From assembly GCF_031769215.1 (NCBI RefSeq), contig NW_026783211.1:1-64000 (forward strand): DNA of 64,000 nucleotides, read 5' to 3'. The position numbers were made by a program, and so were the translations under genes. This document shows, piece by piece, positions 61,452-64,000 of the stretch. How positions within the stretch are numbered: position 1 is the stretch's first letter; the number at the start of each line of letters is the position of its first letter. The DNA is from Ylistrum balloti. Its lineage: Eukaryota. The notes beneath the pieces were generated by a model. It worked only from the letters and a program-made list of their open reading frames with translations. It had not been told where the DNA came from and searched no databases.

Positions 61452-62463
61452 ACACTGACTACCTAGAACAGCCAACCAACTCAAACGGCCCTTTTTAGGG
61501 CCACCAAAATACCCAAAAAGTATTTGTATAACGCCTCGAATACATACGCCACTCATTTCTATTTGCAGAACAAGTAAGACTTACCTAGGTTTCATTTGCA
61601 TGCAAACCCGCTGATTCCTGTTGTTCATTATCATTCATAAAGGAACAATAGTATACTGAGAAACGTTCAACGAAACAGAATGTCAATAATACAATACCTA
61701 ACGTACTTTCCTTCTCTTCACTGTAGTACGTTTGCATTGTTATGAAATGACACTTACAAGCAAATAAATACAACAGAAAACAAATACTTACCAAACTATC
61801 AATTTCATTTTATTTTCTCTCCTTTCCATTCCATTCCATTCCATTCCATAATCATATCTATTCAGATTCAATTCGATTCAGTTGATATGTAAATATTTTG
61901 GCTGTGTTTTATCATTGAAATAAAACACGGCCTAATTCTTATAAACTTATGCACACTTCTCCATAAATACACAGAACATGGGTTGATCTTACATCGTTGC
62001 AATTAATACATGAAAATAAAGATAATCAATCCATACACTATTTCGTTATTGAGCTATAGTACATGCATTCGTAGTTTTGAAATAAGGTTTTACCAAATTA
62101 TATCATATCAAACACACATGCACATGGAACCATGTTACAAGGTGGTATTATTTCGTCTTTACTTTAATCTAAATGTAAATCAATCAACACTAACTTACCA
62201 ACAACTCCACATGATATTTGGACGGATATGTTTTCATATATTTCATTGCTATATGATGATTATATTTCTCATTCGTTTCCTTACTATAGCAGTTCTCTTT
62301 TACATATTACAAACAAATCACACGACGACACACACTGAAGCAAGTCAAGTCTTACGCAGACAAAGCGTATAATTTTCGAGAGATCACAGGGCTTTTTGAG
62401 GAATGTGGGTGGCCCTGAAAAGGGCCGTTTGGTTGGTTTGTTGTAGTAAACTTTGCTACAAGT

Positions 62464-62838
62464 TTACTTGGAACTGGTGTACTTGGTGACAGCCTTGGTG
62501 CCTTCGCTGACGGCGTGCTTAGCCAATTCACCGGGGAGAAGGAGACGGACAGCAGTCTGGATTTCCCGACTAGTGATGGTGGACCTCTTGTTGTAGTGGG
62601 CCAGACGGGAAGCCTCAGCGGCGATTCTCTCGAAGATGTCGTTGACAAAGCTGTTCATGATGGACATGGCTTTGCTGGACACTCCGGTGTCGGGGTGCAC
62701 CTGTTTCAACACCTTGTAGATGTAGATGCTGTAGGATTCCCTCCTCTTCCTCCTCCTTTTCTTGTCAGTTCCACGACTGGCCTTTGCCTTAGTGGCGGCC
62801 TTCTTTGCTCCTTTCGAACCTACTTGTTTAGGGCCCAT
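62464..62838 (-). CDS. H2B: Histone H2B
   Basis: Protein identical to 32908-33282. Confidence 0.98.
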   Translation of the reverse strand: MGPKQVGSKGAKKAATKAKASRGTDKKRRRKRRESYSIYIYKVLKQVHPDTGVSSKAMSIMNSFVNDIFERIAAEASRLAHYNKRSTITSREIQTAVRLLLPGELAKHAVSEGTKAVTKYTSSK

Positions 62839-63079
62839 GTTGCTAGTACGACGAGTGCCGATACGAATAACACACAGCCCGCCACAAACCCCTCTTATAT
62901 ACCATCGCCCTCTCAGGTAGGATCGAGTCTTGTAATGCCCAAATCACTCGAACCTTACACGCTCACTGAAAACACCCCCTACTTTACGCTCGTTGCAATT
63001 TCGATCCTACCTTGGGGTATATAACGCTTCATGATGTGGCCGACCTCTCATTCTGCTTAACACTGTTGACAGTAACTAG

Positions 63080-63556
<477 letters not shown>

Positions 63557-63861
63557 TGATAGCACACGAAAATTCCTCATTTGGTGAGTTATTGCTTCAT
63601 TCATTTCTTAACACTGTCAAGAACGTTGTATGATACACACAAAAAAAAAAAAAACCCAAAACAAATCACCGCATAGGATGACATGTAAAAAAGACATATA
63701 ACGAAAAAGTTTATAATAGGGTAGGTGAGCTGTAGCGAATCACAATAGTAAATGAATAAACTGTCGAGTGATCATGTTAGTGAGAGACAACACACACACA
63801 CACATATATATATGTACATTAAAATATTATACGGACGTGGTATTTATTTACTTACGTATAC

Positions 63862-63862
<1 letters not shown>

Positions 63863-63916
<54 letters not shown>
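63863..63916. repeat. (TC)27 microsatellite in the unique flank
   Basis: Read directly from the sequence. Confidence 0.95.
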
Positions 63917-63920
<4 letters not shown>

Positions 63921-64000
63921 TTTCTTTTTGGTCTTGTACAAAGTTAGCTAAGTTTTATATAACATCTGAATATCTTTTATGTGTTATAATAGTGTTATAT

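Overview
Eukaryotic (probably molluscan or other lophotrochozoan, by inference) histone gene locus; no prokaryotic features. Layout: (i) 1-6096, a non-LTR retrotransposon of the I group (I/Nimb-like: ORF1, then APE endonuclease-RT-RNase H-CCHC ORF2, long 3' UTR, poly-A) with an inverted 5' end and two internal deletions; (ii) 6097-23335, a tandem array of seven near-identical 2461-bp units, each carrying one histone H1 gene; (iii) 23336-~28437, a second, near-identical copy of the retrotransposon with an intact 5' end; (iv) ~28430-28820, a mosaic junction that looks like an assembly consensus artefact; (v) 28678-~63575, a tandem array of ~4.92-kb core-histone quartets (H2A+, H3+, H4+, H2B-) without H1, decaying towards its right edge; (vi) unique flank with a (TC)n microsatellite. 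Main finding: the 3' junction of copy 1 and the 5' junction of copy 2 fall on opposite sides of the same 12-bp sequence (GGGCGGGGCATA, the GC box 72-61 bp upstream of the H1 ATG). This suggests a sequence-specific LINE that targets the histone H1 promoter. Only one junction per copy is visible, so a single insertion later duplicated is not excluded.
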